A stretch of 64,000 nucleotides of DNA from a virus. Its lineage: Duplodnaviria; Caudoviricetes. Shown here piece after piece: positions 8,569-21,800 of the stretch. Within the stretch, counting starts at the first letter, position 1; each line of letters begins with the position of its first letter. The position numbers and the translations under genes were made by a program. The DNA is taken from IMG/VR virus record IMGVR_UViG_3300008107_000020. One strand, 5' to 3'. Under the pieces are notes generated by a model. The model searched no databases and had not been told where the DNA came from. It saw only the letters and a program-made list of their open reading frames with translations.

Positions 8569-11500
8569 TTATTTCTTTAAATCTTGGATCTCTTTATCAA
8601 GATCTTTTATCGCCTCGATAAGTAAACCAACCAAGTTTGAGTAAGCTACCGCTAAGTGTCCATCGGATTCCCTTGTCGAGATAACTTCTGGGACAACTTT
8701 TTGAACTTCCTGTGCAATAACACCCATTTTCAAAGATTTATCTTCAATATCATTTCTTGTATAGTTAACACCTCTCATATTTCTTACTTTATTTAAGGCA
8801 TCACTAATTGTAACAACATTGTCCTTAACTCTTTGATCTGAGTATGCAATAACATCAGCAGATGCGTAGATAGTACCAGTAACATCTAATGTATATGCTG
8901 GAGTAGCGTTGTTAATACCTAATCTTGTATTAGCTATATCCGCTTTCAAGAAGCTAACGCTTTGTACTTGTGTTGTACTCACAGTTCTAACTAAGTAGTC
9001 AGGTTGGTTTGTGAATGAACCACCGCTGATACCTGATGTACCGCTAATTGATTGTCCACTTGTTCCAGCAACACCTGATGTACCGTTTGAACCATTAATA
9101 CCTGAAGTACCACCAGCTCCATTTGCACCTGAGTTACCAGCAGCTCCAGCGGTACCATTTGTACCATTTGCACCAGATGTACCATTTGTACCAGATGTAC
9201 CTGAAGAAGCTGACAATCTACCAGTACCAGCCGTACCGCCAGCACCTGAAGTACCAGATGTACCTGAAGTACCAGAAGATCCGTTAGCACCCGAAGTACC
9301 GTTAGCACCAACACCTGATGTACCAGCACCTGATGTACCTGAAGTACCAGCTGTTGCTGAAGTACCAGAAGAACCAGCTGTACGAGAAAGACCCGATACA
9401 CCACCAGTACCAGTTGTACCACCTGTTGCAGAAGAACCTGATAAACCACTAATACCTGAGTTACCGTTGTTACCAGACGTACCGTTTGTACCAGTTGATC
9501 CTGAAGAACCAGAAGTACGAGATAAACCACTAGCCCCAGCGTTACCATTATTACCAACAGTACCGTTTGTACCAGTTGATCCTGAACTACCTGATGTACC
9601 ACTTGCCTGTGTTACGCCAAAACCTGCGCTTAATGCATTAGCACCCACAGTACCATTTGTACCGCTTGATCCTGAAGAACCAGAAGAGCCAGAGTTTGCA
9701 GAAGCACCAATGTTACCAGCATTACCTGAAGTACCATTTGTACCAGTTGATCCAGATGAGCCACTTAATGCTGACGCACCTATGTTACCCGCAGCACCGT
9801 TTGTACCATTAGACCCTGAAGAACCAGATGAACCAGAGGCTCCTGAGTTAGCAACTAAACCTATTGTACCGCTTGTACCTGAAGAACCACTTGATCCTGA
9901 AGCACCTGATATTCTATCATTACCACTTGTACCCTGAGTACCAGTTGATCCAGAAGATCCAGATGAACCAGAGTTTGCCGATAATCCGTTAGCACCAGCA
10001 TTACCTGAGGTACCGTTTGTACCTGTAGATCCAGACGAACCACTCAATGCTGATGCACCAATGTTACCCGCAGCACCATTTGTACCATTTGTTCCCGAAG
10101 AACCAGATGTACCTGAAAGTGTACTTGTACCAGAAGGAACAACCAAACCATTTGTACCAGCCGTACCTGTAGATCCAGATGAACCACTATTACCTGAGTT
10201 ACCGTTAGCGCCATTGTTACCGTTAGTACCGTTTGTACCATTTGAACCCGATAAACCACTATTACCTGAGTTACCGTTAGCGCCATTGTTACCGTTAGTA
10301 CCAGTAGAACCATTTGTACCACTTAAGCCAGAGTTACCGCTGTTACCATTCACACCGATAGTACCATTTGTTCCTGAAGAACCACTTGATCCAGAAGAAC
10401 CAGATAATCTTGATAAACCTGAAACACCATCTGTACCTGAAGTACCAGTTGATCCAGCTGAACCTGAAGAACCTGAGCTTCTGCTTAAACCCGATTGACC
10501 ATCTGTACCTGAGGTACCTGATGTTCCAGCTGTTGCAGAAGAACCAGCTAATCTACTTAAACCTGATGTACCAACCGTACCGTTTGTTCCTGAAGAACCA
10601 CTTGATCCAGACGAACCTGAAGCACCTGAGTTAGCCATTAAACCGACTGTACCGTTTGTACCGTTTGAACCACTTGAACCAGATGCACCACTTACAGCGT
10701 TGTTACCATTGTTACCTGAGGTACCGTTTGTACCTGTAGATCCAGACGAACCACTCAATGCTGATGCACCATTACCACCGTTTATACCGTTTGTACCAGT
10801 TGACCCTGAAGAACCGCTAGAGCCAGAGTTAGCACTCAATCCGTTGTTACCCGCAGCACCATTTGTACCAAACGTACCTGATGATCCTGAAGAACCTGAA
10901 AGTGTACTTGTGCCAGAAGGAACGGCTAAACCATTTGTACCAGCCGTACCTGTAGATCCAGATGAACCAGAAGATGCTGAAGAACCACTTAATTGTGATA
11001 AACCTGAGTTACCAGTTGTACCTGAAGTACCAGTTGAACCACTGGTACCTGAAGAACCAGAGTTTCTTGATAACCCTGACGCACCATCAGTACCCGCAGT
11101 ACCAGTTGTACCAGAAGAACCTGAAGTTGCAGAAGAACCAGCTAATCTACTTAAACCTGATGTACCATTTGTACCATTTGTTCCTGAAGAACCAGATGAC
11201 CCTGAGGAACCAGAAGCACCTGAGTTAGCCATTAAACCAACAGTACCGTTTGTACCATTAGATCCTGAAGAGCCTGAAGCGCCACTTACCGCATTGTTAC
11301 CATTATTACCGTTAGTACCGTTTGTACCTGTAGATCCAGACGAACCTGAGTTTGCAGAGGCACCACTATTACCAGCAGCTCCAGCAGTACCATTTGTACC
11401 AGTTGTTCCTGAAGAACCTGAAGAACCCGACAATTGTGATAAACCACTATTACCAGCAACACCCGCAGTACCAGTTGTACCAGAAGTTCCTGAAGAACCA

Positions 11501-12864
11501 CTTATCGCAGAAAAAGTACTTTGACCTGAAGTTGCGTTAAGACCGTTTGTACCAGACGTACCTGATGAACCAGCTGTTGCTGAAGAACCAGACAACCTAC
11601 TTAAACCAGAAACACCATCTGTACCTGAAGTACCTGTTGAACCAGCTGATCCAGAAGAACCTGATGTATCACTTGCAGCGGATATACCATCTGTACCTGA
11701 AGTACCTGATGTACCAGCTGTTGCTGAAGAACCAGACAATCTTGATAAACCTGATGTACCAACTGTACCATTTGTTCCTGAAGAACCAGATGAAGCAGAT
11801 GAGCCACTTAATGCGCTTAAACCGTTATTACCAGCATTACCTGAAGTACCATTTGTACCAGTTGATCCAGATGAACCACTTAATGCTGACGCACCTATGT
11901 TACCTGCCACACCATTTGTACCATTTGAACCTGAGGTTGCAGATGAACCACTTAATTGTGATAAACCTGAAGCGCCAGCTGTACCTGAAGTACCAGTTGT
12001 ACCTGATGTCGCTGATGAACCGCTATTTAAGCTTAATCCTGAAGCACCCGCAGTACCATTTGTTCCTGAAGAACCTGAAGTTGCTGAAGAACCAGAACTA
12101 CCACTTAAACCACTATTACCTGAATTACCCGCAGTACCATTTGTACCTGTTGATCCTGAAGAACCTGAGGTCCCTGAAGATCTACTCAATGCCGATGCAC
12201 CGTCTGTACCAGCGGTACCAGTTGTTCCAGAAGTACCTGAAGTACCAGCAGAGCCAGATAATCTTGACAATCCTGATGTACCAACTGTACCGTTTGTTCC
12301 TGAAGAACCTGAAGAAGCGCTTGATCCGCTTAATTGAGACAATCCTGAATTACCAGCTGTTCCGTTTGATCCGCTCGTACCTGAAGTTGCGGATGAACCA
12401 GATGAACCTGCGCTACCACTTAATTGTGATAAACCGTTTGTACCCGCAGTACCTGTTGATCCAGAAGATGCTGAAGAACCAGCTGTTGCACTCAATCCTG
12501 AGTTACCAGCCGCACCTGAAGTACCGTTTGAACCTGTACTACCTGAGCTACCAGATGTACCAGAAGATCTACTCAAACCAGATTGGCCATTAGTACCTGA
12601 AGTACCAGTTGAACCAGCTGAACCTGAGCTACCACTTAATTGTGATAGACCATTTGTACCTGCTGTACCTGAAGTAGCTGAAGTACCAGCTGATCCTGAA
12701 GAACCGCTATTTGCACTAGCACCATTTGTACCGTTTGTACCAGTTGATCCACTTGATCCAGATGTTCCACTTGATTTACTTAATGATGATTGACCATCTG
12801 TTCCATTTGTTCCAGAAGAACCACTTGTTCCTGAAGAACCTGAAGATCTACTTAAACCTGATTG
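8569..12864 (-). CDS. C-terminal part of the giant Gly-X-Ser repeat tail-fibre-like protein, ending in a Peptidase_S74 intramolecular chaperone
   Basis: Repeat continues from Q-S-G-L-S-R at 12864. C-terminus SDQRVKDNV...GVNY...GVIAQEVQKVVPEV...LIEAIKDL. There is no credible own start: the track start at 12963 is an out-of-frame read of the upstream repeat. Confidence 0.85.
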   Translation of the reverse strand, partial: QSGLSRSSGSSGTSGSSGTNGTDGQSSLSKSSGTSGSSGSTGTNGTNGASANSGSSGSAGTSATSGTAGTNGLSQLSGSSGSAGSTGTSGTNGQSGLSRSSGTSGSSGSTGSNGTSGAAGNSGLSATAGSSASSGSTGTAGTNGLSQLSGSAGSSGSSATSGTSGSNGTAGNSGLSQLSGSSASSGSSGTNGTVGTSGLSRLSGSAGTSGTSGTTGTAGTDGASALSRSSGTSGSSGSTGTNGTAGNSGNSGLSGSSGSSATSGSSGTNGTAGASGLSLNSGSSATSGTTGTSGTAGASGLSQLSGSSATSGSNGTNGVAGNIGASALSGSSGSTGTNGTSGNAGNNGLSALSGSSASSGSSGTNGTVGTSGLSRLSGSSATAGTSGTSGTDGISAASDTSGSSGSAGSTGTSGTDGVSGLSRLSGSSATAGSSGTSGTNGLNATSGQSTFSAISGSSGTSGTTGTAGVAGNSGLSQLSGSSGSSGTTGTNGTAGAAGNSGASANSGSSGSTGTNGTNGNNGNNAVSGASGSSGSNGTNGTVGLMANSGASGSSGSSGSSGTNGTNGTSGLSRLAGSSATSGSSGTTGTAGTDGASGLSRNSGSSGTSGSTGTSGTTGNSGLSQLSGSSASSGSSGSTGTAGTNGLAVPSGTSTLSGSSGSSGTFGTNGAAGNNGLSANSGSSGSSGSTGTNGINGGNGASALSGSSGSTGTNGTSGNNGNNAVSGASGSSGSNGTNGTVGLMANSGASGSSGSSGSSGTNGTVGTSGLSRLAGSSATAGTSGTSGTDGQSGLSRSSGSSGSAGSTGTSGTDGVSGLSRLSGSSGSSGSSGTNGTIGVNGNSGNSGLSGTNGSTGTNGNNGANGNSGNSGLSGSNGTNGTNGNNGANGNSGNSGSSGSTGTAGTNGLVVPSGTSTLSGTSGSSGTNGTNGAAGNIGASALSGSSGSTGTNGTSGNAGANGLSANSGSSGSSGSTGTQGTSGNDRISGASGSSGSSGTSGTIGLVANSGASGSSGSSGSNGTNGAAGNIGASALSGSSGSTGTNGTSGNAGNIGASANSGSSGSSGSSGTNGTVGANALSAGFGVTQASGTSGSSGSTGTNGTVGNNGNAGASGLSRTSGSSGSTGTNGTSGNNGNSGISGLSGSSATGGTTGTGGVSGLSRTAGSSGTSATAGTSGTSGAGTSGVGANGTSGANGSSGTSGTSGTSGAGGTAGTGRLSASSGTSGTNGTSGANGTNGTAGAAGNSGANGAGGTSGINGSNGTSGVAGTSGQSISGTSGISGGSFTNQPDYLVRTVSTTQVQSVSFLKADIANTRLGINNATPAYTLDVTGTIYASADVIAYSDQRVKDNVVTISDALNKVRNMRGVNYTRNDIEDKSLKMGVIAQEVQKVVPEVISTRESDGHLAVAYSNLVGLLIEAIKDLDKEIQDLKK

Positions 12865-15800
12865 AAGTACCAGCTGTTCCGCTTGTTGCAGAAGAAGCCG
12901 AAGTTCCAGAGGATGCTGAAGCACCTGATACACCCGCAGTACCGTCAGTACCTTTAGAACCACTAGAACCAGAAGTTCCTGAAGTTCCTGAAGTTACACT
13001 TAAACCACTATTTGCAGCTAAACCTGAAGTACCAACCGTACCTGAAGTTGCTGAAGACCCTGAAGTTCCAGCTGAGCCACTATTATTACTTGAACCAATT
13101 GTACCAGCAGTACCAGTTGAACCTGAAGAACCTGAAGTTCCAGAACTTCTACTTAATGCTGAAGCACCATCTGTACCATTTGTTCCTGAAGACCCAGACG
13201 TTCCTGAAGATCCTGAAGATCTACTTAAACCTGAAGTACCATTTGTACCACTTGAACCAGAAGAAGCAGAAGATCCACTTAATTGTGACAACCCTGAAGC
13301 ACCTGCTGTACCGCTTGAACCAGAAGTACCTGAAGTTGCTGAAGAACCACTAGAACCAGACAATCTTGATAAACCTGATGTACCAACTGTTCCTGAGGTG
13401 GCTGAAGAACCAGCAGACCCTGAAGAACCACTGTTTGCTGATTGACCACTCGTACCGTTTGTACCAGTTGATCCTGAAGAACCAGAAGTTGCTGAAGAAC
13501 CCGAGTTGGCACTCAATCCTGAAGTAGCCGCTGAACCTGAACTACCTGAAGTTCCTGAAGTCGCAGATGTACCCGCAGAACCACTTGAACCTGATAATTG
13601 AGATAAACCATTTGTACCAGCTGTACCTGTAGTACCAGAAGATGCACTTGTACCTGATGAACCCGCATTTGCAGATGCACCATTTGTACCATTTGTACCT
13701 GTAGACCCACTAGAACCTGAAGTTCCAGCTGAGCCACTATTATTTGAAGAACCTGAGGTTCCAGCTGTACCTGAAGTTGCTGAAGAACCACTAGAACCTG
13801 ATGAACCCGCATTTGCAGAAGCACCATTTGTACCATTTGTTCCAGTTGTACCACTTGTTGCCGAAGAACCTGAGGTTGAACTTAAACCACTATTACCAGC
13901 ATTACCTGAAGTACCATTTGTACCCGTAGACCCAGACGAACCTGAAGTTCCTGAAGAACCTGAGCTTCTACTTAAACCTGATTGACCATCTGTACCTGAA
14001 GTACCAGTTGAACCAGCTGATCCCGATGTACCTGAAGTATCACTTGTAGCAGACACACCATCCGTACCTGAAGTACCAGACGTTCCAGCTGTTGCTGAAG
14101 AACCAGACAGTCTTGATAAACCGTTTGTACCAGCGGTACCAGTTGTTCCAGAAGAACCACTTGATGCGCTTGATCCACTTAATTGTGATAAACCAGAAAG
14201 ACCCGCAGTACCATTTGTACCAGTAGATCCTGAAGATGCTGAAGTACCGCTTGAACCACTATTTGCCGATTGACCACTTGTACCAGCGCTACCTGAAGAT
14301 GCTGATGATCCTGAAGAACCAGATGTTCCAGAAGTTGCACTTGATCCAGCACTACCTGAAGATCCGCTTAATTGAGACAATCCTGAGGTTCCAACCGTTC
14401 CAGAAGTTGCTGAAGAACCTGATGTAGCGGAGCTACCACTATTCGCACTCGCACCATTAGTACCATTTGTACCCGTAGAACCTGAAGAACCTGATGTTCC
14501 ACTTGATCTACTTAATGATGATTGACCATCTGTTCCAGAAGTTCCTGTAGAACCTGAAGAACCACTTGTTCCAGAAGTATCACTTGTAGCAGACACACCA
14601 TCTGTACCTGAAGTACCTGATGTACCAGCTGTTGCTGAAGAACCACTTAATCTACCCAATCCTGAAGTACCAGCGGTACCACTTGTAGCAGATGAACCAG
14701 AAGTTGCTGAAGAACCACTATTTGCACTCGCACCCGAAGTTCCATTAGAACCAGTTGAACCTGATGTTCCAGAAGTTGCTGAAGAACCAGCAGAACCACT
14801 TAAACCTGAGGATCCAGCTGTTCCTGAAGTTGCACTAGACCCTGAAGAACCTGAACTACCAGATGAACTACTTAAAGCTGAAGAACCAACTGTACCAGTA
14901 GTACCTGATGTACCACTTGATGCGGATGTTCCTGAAGAACCACTATTTGCAGCTAAACCTGAAGTACCATTTGTACCAGTTGATCCGCTTGATCCTGAAG
15001 AACCTGATGTTCCCGAAGATTTACTTAATGCAGAAGCACCGTCTGTACCAGCTGAACCACTTGATCCTGAAGAACCAGAAGTTCCTGAAGTTGCTGATGT
15101 TCCCGCTGAACCTGAGCTACCGCTTAACTGAGATAATCCAGATGTACCGACCGTACCTGAGGTCGCTGAAGAACCACTTGTAGCTGAACTACCTGAGTTA
15201 GCTGAAGCACCATTTGTACCGTTTGAACCAGTCGATCCAGATGAACCTGATGTTCCAGAACTTCTGCTTAAACCAGACTGGCCATCCGTACCTGAAGTAC
15301 CAGTTGAACCACTTGATCCAGATGTACCTGAAGTATCACTTAAAGCAGATTGACCATCCGTACCTGAAGTACCTGATGTACCAGCCGTTGCTGAAGAACC
15401 TGATAATCTACTTAAACCTGAGGTTCCAACCGTACCTGAAGTAGCTGAAGAACCTGAAGTAGCTGAGCTACCACTATTCGCTGATTGGCCACTTGTACCA
15501 GCAGAACCAGAAGACCCACTTGTACCAGATGTTGCTGAAGAGCCAGCTGAACCCGCACTACCACTTAATTGTGATAAACCACTTGTACCAGCTGTACCTG
15601 AAGTTGCTGAACTACCAGAAGTAGCTGAAGAACCTGAGTTTGCTGATGCACCGTTTGTACCGTTTGTACCAGTTGAACCTGAAGAACCTGAAGTTCCAGA
15701 ACTTCTACTTAATGCTGAAGCACCATCTGTACCAGAAGAACCTGAACTACCAGAAGAACCTGAAGTTCCACTTGTAGCCGAAGTACCCGCACTACCTGAA

Positions 15801-18800
15801 GATCCAGATAATTGAGATAAACCGTTTGTACCAGCGGTTCCTGAAGTAGCGGAGCTACCTGATGTTGCTGAAGAACCACTATTTGCGCTTAAACCAGATG
15901 TACCGTTTGTTCCTGTACTACCTGAAGATGCTGATGTACCAGCCGATCCTGAAGACGCTGATAAACCAGATGACCCTGAAGTTCCTGAGGTTGCAGAAGA
16001 ACCTGCACTACCAGCTGAACCGCTTAACGCTGAACTACCTGATGTTCCAGAAGTTGCTGAAGAACCCGAACTACCAGCAGAACCCGAAAGTTGACTTAAA
16101 CCTGATGTACCAGCTGTTCCTGATGTAGCTGAAGTCCCAGCAGAACCTGAGCTACCACTATTTGCACTTGCACCATTTGTACCGTTTGTACCTGTAGACC
16201 CACTAGAACCTGATGTACCCGAAGATCTACTCAAAGCAGACGCACCGTCCGTACCATTTGTTCCAGAAGAACCTGATGTACCCGATGAACCTGAAGATCT
16301 ACTTAAACCCGATGTACCGTTTGTTCCTGAAGAACCGCTTGATGCACTCGATCCGCTTAATTGTGATAAACCTGAGTTACCAGCGGTACCTGAAGTACCA
16401 GTTGTACCTGAGCTAGCTGAAGAACCAGCAGACCCTGAAGAACCGCTTAATTGTGACAAACCTGATGTACCTGCGGTACCGCTTGTTGCGGAACTACCAG
16501 AAGTTGCTGAAGAACCTGAATTTGCGGATGCACCATTTGTACCGTTTGTACCTGTAGACCCACTAGAACCTGATGTACCCGAAGATCTACTCAATGCCGA
16601 TGCCCCATCAGTACCTGCTGATCCTGAACTACCTGAACTACCTGAAGTTCCAGAAGTTGCTGAAGTTCCAGCCGATCCTGAAGAACCTGATAATTGAGAT
16701 AAACCATTTGTACCAGCTGTACCTGAAGTTGCAGAAGAACCACTTGATCCTGAAGATCCAGAGTTTGCAGAAGCACCAACAGTACCGCTTGTACCACTTG
16801 ATCCTGAAGAACCTGAAGTTCCAGCAGAACCACTATTATTTGAAGAACCTGAAGTTCCAGTTGTACCAGTTGTACCTGAAGAAGCGCTTGTACCAGATGA
16901 ACCAGAGTTAGCTGAAGCACCATTTGTACCGCTTGTACCAGTTGTACCGCTTGTTGCAGAAGAACCTGAAGTTGCGCTTAAACCACTATTACCTGCATTA
17001 CCTGAAGTACCGTTTGTACCAGTTGATCCGCTTGATCCTGAAGAACCAGAAGTTCCTGAAGATTTACTTAATGCAGAAGCACCGTCTGTACCAGCTGAAC
17101 CTGAAGATCCACTTGATCCAGATGTACCTGAAGTAGCTGAAGTTCCAGCAGAACCCGATGAACCACTCAATTGAGACAAACCAGAAGTACCAGCTGTGCC
17201 TGAGGTTGCGGATGAACCAGAAGTTGCTGAAGACCCTGAATTTGCGGATGCACCATTTGTACCAGCTGATCCTGAAGATCCACTTGAACCTGATGTACCA
17301 CTTGATTTACTTAATGCCGATTGACCATCTGTACCTGATGTACCAGTTGAACCGCTTGAACCAGACGTTCCTGAAGTATCTGATGTAGCTGATTGTCCAT
17401 CCGTACCTGAAGTACCAGACGTTCCAGCTGTTGCTGAAGAACCAGACAATCTTGATAAACCTGATGTACCAACTGTTCCTGAAGTTGCAGATGAACCTGA
17501 AGTTGCTGAAGAACCACTATTTGCTGATTGACCACTTGTACCAGCAGAACCTGAAGATCCTGAAGATCCTGATGTACCACTAGTTGCTGAAGAACCAGCG
17601 GATCCAGCACTACCGCTTAATTGTGATAAACCACTTGTACCAGCTGTACCTGAAGTAGCGGAAGAACCTGATGTTGCTGAACTACCAGAGTTTGCAGAAG
17701 CACCATTTGTACCCGCAGTTCCAGTTGATCCTGATGAACCAGAGGTACCACTTGATTTACTTAAAGCGGATGCTCCATCAGTACCAGCCGATCCTGAAGA
17801 CCCGCTTGATCCAGAAGTTCCTGAAGTTGCTGATGTACCAGCGGATCCACTTGACCCACTCAATTGTGACAACCCTGATGTACCAGCGGTTCCTGAGGTA
17901 GCTGAACTACCTGAAGTTGCGGATGAACCACTATTTGCGGCTAAACCTGAAGTACCATTAGAACCTGTAGAACCAGAAGATGCTGATGTACCAGAAGATG
18001 CTGATAATGCACTTAAACCTGAAGAACCTGCGGTTCCTGACGTTGCTGAAGAACCTGAACTACCAGCAGAACTGCTTAACGCTGAACTACCAGAGGTACC
18101 TGTTGTACCACTTGTTGCGGAACTACCGCTTGTCGCAGAAGAACCGCTATTTGCAGCTAAACCTGAAGTACCATTTGTACCAGTAGAACCTGAAGATCCA
18201 CTTGAACCAGATGTACCTGAAGATTTACTTAATGCTGACGCACCATCAGTACCCGCACTACCTGAAGAACCAGAAGAACCTGATGTTCCTGAAGTCGCAG
18301 ATGTACCCGCTGAACCAGAAGAACCACTTAATTGAGACAATCCTGATGTACCAACTGTACCTGAAGTTGCGGATGAACCAGAAGAAGCTGAAGTTCCTGA
18401 AGAAGCTGAAGCCCCACTAGAACCAGCTGAACCAGTTGACCCACTTGTTCCTGAGGTTGCGGATGAACCCGCAGAACCTGAAGAACCACTATTAGCTGAA
18501 GAACCAACTGTACCAGTAGTACCTGATGTACCACTTGATGCGCTTGTTCCTGATGAACCTGAATTTGAACTTAATCCTGAAGTACCATTTGTACCTGAAG
18601 TTGCTGAAGATCCGCTTGACGCTGATGTCCCTGAAGACGCTGATGCTCCCGAAGAACCGTTAGAACCTGTAGAACCAGAGGTACCACTTGTTGCTGAACT
18701 ACCAGAAGACGCTGATAAACCAGATGAACCTGCGGTTCCTGAAGTTGCTGAAGATCCTGATGAAGCTGAACTACCAGAATTAGCTGATAAACCTGAGGTA

Positions 18801-21800
18801 CCATTTGTACCTGAAGTTGCTGAAGAACCAGCTGTACCACTTGTTGCTGAAGACGCTGAAGCTCCTGATGAACCACTTGTTCCTGTAGAACCAGCTGTAC
18901 CGCTTGTTGCTGAACTACCAGAAGATGCTGACAACCCACTTGAACCAGCTGAGCCAGAAGTTGCGGATGATCCTGATGTAGCAGAGCTACCACTATTTGC
19001 ACTCAACCCTGATGTACCATTTGTTCCACTTGTAGCTGAACTACCAGAAGAAGCGGATGTACCTGAAGAAGCTGAAGCACCTGAAGCACCAGCTGTACCG
19101 CTTGAACCAGAGGTACCTGAAGTTGCAGAAGAACCACTTGAAGCACTTAAACCTGAAGAACCAGCTGTACCTGAAGTAGCGGAGCTACCTGAAGTCGCTG
19201 AGGATCCGCTTAATGCGCTTAAACCACTTGTACCATTTGTTCCTGAAGTTGCGGATGAACCAGAAGATGCTGATGTACCTGAAGAAGCTGAAGCTCCTGA
19301 TGACCCTACTGAACCTGAAGAACCTGATGTTCCTGACGTAGCAGAACTACCAGAACTTGCACTCAATCCTGAAGAACCTGCGGTTCCTGAAGTTGCTGAG
19401 GATCCTGATGTGGCAGAGCTACCACTATTTGAAGATAGACCTGACGTACCAGCTGTTCCTGAAGTAGCGGAGCTACCTGAAGAACCTGATGAACCAGAAC
19501 TATTACTATTTCCACTCGAACCTGCGGTTCCTGAAGAAGCTGAACTTCCTGAAGAACCCGATGTACCACTAGTTGCAGATGACCCACTTGTAGCGGATGA
19601 TCCAGAATTAGCAGCTAAACCTGAAGTACCATTTGTACCTGAAGTTGCTGAAGATCCGCTTGACGCTGATGTCCCTGAAGATGCGCTTAAACCTGAAGAA
19701 CCAGCTGATCCAGCTGAACCTGATGTTCCTGACGTAGCAGAACTACCAGAAGATGCGCTTAAACCTGAACTACCTGATGTACCGCTTGTAGCAGAGCTAC
19801 CTGAGGTTGCAGAAGAACCTGAATTAGAACTCAACCCTGATGTACCATTTGTTCCTGAAGTTGCGGATGAACCAGAAGATGCTGATGTACCTGAAGAAGC
19901 TGAAGCTCCTGATGAACCAGCGGAACCACTTGTTCCCGAAGTACCAGAAGATGCTGAACTACCAGAAGATGCACTTAAACCTGAAGAACCAGCTGTACCT
20001 GAAGTTGCAGAAGAACCAGAGGAAGCTGATGACCCACTATTTGAGGCTAAACCTGAAGTACCATTTGTTCCACTTGTAGCTGAACTACCAGAAGAAGCTG
20101 ATGTACCAGAAGAAGCTGAAGCCCCTGAAGAACCTGATGTACCAGATGATCCTGAAGTAGCGGAAGTTCCTGAAGAACCCGCTGAACCAGAGCTACCACT
20201 ATTTGCGGCTAAACCAGAAGTACCATTTGTACCTGAAGTTGCGGAAGAACCAGAAGAAGCTGAAGTTCCTGAAGAAGCTGATGCTCCCGAAGAACCGTTA
20301 GAACCTGTAGAACCAGATGTTCCACTTGTTGCTGAAGATCCAGAAGAAGAACTTAAACCTGAAGAACCAACTGTTCCTGAGGTTGCGGATGAACCTGATG
20401 TTCCTGAAGAACCAGAGTTACTAGATAAACCGCCAGTACCATTTGTACCCGTAGAACCGCTTGAACCAGATGTTGCTGAAATAGCAGAAATACCATCAGC
20501 ACCATCAACACCGCTTGAACCAGATGTACCTGAAGAACCCGAAGAACCTGATGTTTTACTTGAACCAGCTAAACCGCTTGTACCTGTCGTACCTGAAGTC
20601 GCAGATGTACCTGAAGTTGCAGAAGAACCACTATTTGAAGATAATCCTGAAGTACCGTTTGTTCCTGAAGTTGCTGAAGATCCGCTTGATGCAGATGTTC
20701 CTGATGTTGAAGAAACACCGCTTGATCCAGCTGTACCAGAAGTTGCTGAAGAACCTGAGGTTGCTGAACTACCAGAAGATGCAGATAAACCCGAAGATCC
20801 TGATGTACCACTTGTAGCAGAACTACCTGAGGTTGCAGAAGAACCACTATTTGAAGATAAACCCGAAGTACCGTTTGTTCCTGAAGTTGCAGAAGAACCA
20901 GATGATGCAGACGTACCTGAAGTTGCTGAAGCACCTGAAGAACCAGCGCTACCTGTTGATCCTGATGTTCCTGATGTAGCACTTGATCCAGCTGAACCAG
21001 AAGACGCACTTAAACCAGAAGTACCAACTGTACCAGAAGTTGCTGAAGAACCTGAAGAAGCTGAAGCGCCAGAATTACCACCAGTTCCTGAAGTTCCTGA
21101 AGAACCACTTGAACCAGATGAGAATGATAATCTACTTTGACCAGCAACACCAGTTGTACCATTTGTACCAGAAGAACCAGAAGAACCTGAAGTTTCACTT
21201 AAACCACTGTTTGAACTAGCACCATTTGTACCGCTAGAACCTGAGGTTGCAGAAGAACCTGAGGTTGCGCTTGAACCACTATTTGCGGCTAAACCAGAAG
21301 TACCGATTGTACCTGAAGTTGCAGACGAACCTGAAGATGCTGCTGAACCTGATGACCCACTTTCACCACTTGAACCATTAGAACCTGATGTTCCTGAAGA
21401 ACCAGCTGTTCCTGAAGAGGCTGAGTCGCCAGAACTTCCTGATGTTCCAGTAGAGCCTGAAGCACCACTTGAACCAGATGTTCCAGTAGAACCGTTATCA
21501 CCAGAAGAACCGTTTGTTCCTGAAGAACCAGAAGCGCCTGATTCACCATTTAAACCATTTATACCTGAAGAACCTGAAGATCCAGTTGACCCTGAAGACC
21601 CACTTTCACCACTTTCACCTGAAGTACCAAAACTACCACCATCACCAGATGTACCATCGCTACCTGTAGAACCAGATTCACCCGATTGACCAGATGTCCC
21701 AAATGAGCCATCATTACCCGAAGATCCATCGCTACCTGTAGAACCAGATTCACCACTTATTCCTGAAGTTCCTGAAGAACCGTTATCACCGCTTGTACCA

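Noticed and set aside
12848-12850. Amber suppression rescuing the split fibre gene
   Set aside because: Reading through this TAG stays in the wrong frame and meets TAA about 23 codons later; a frame change is required.
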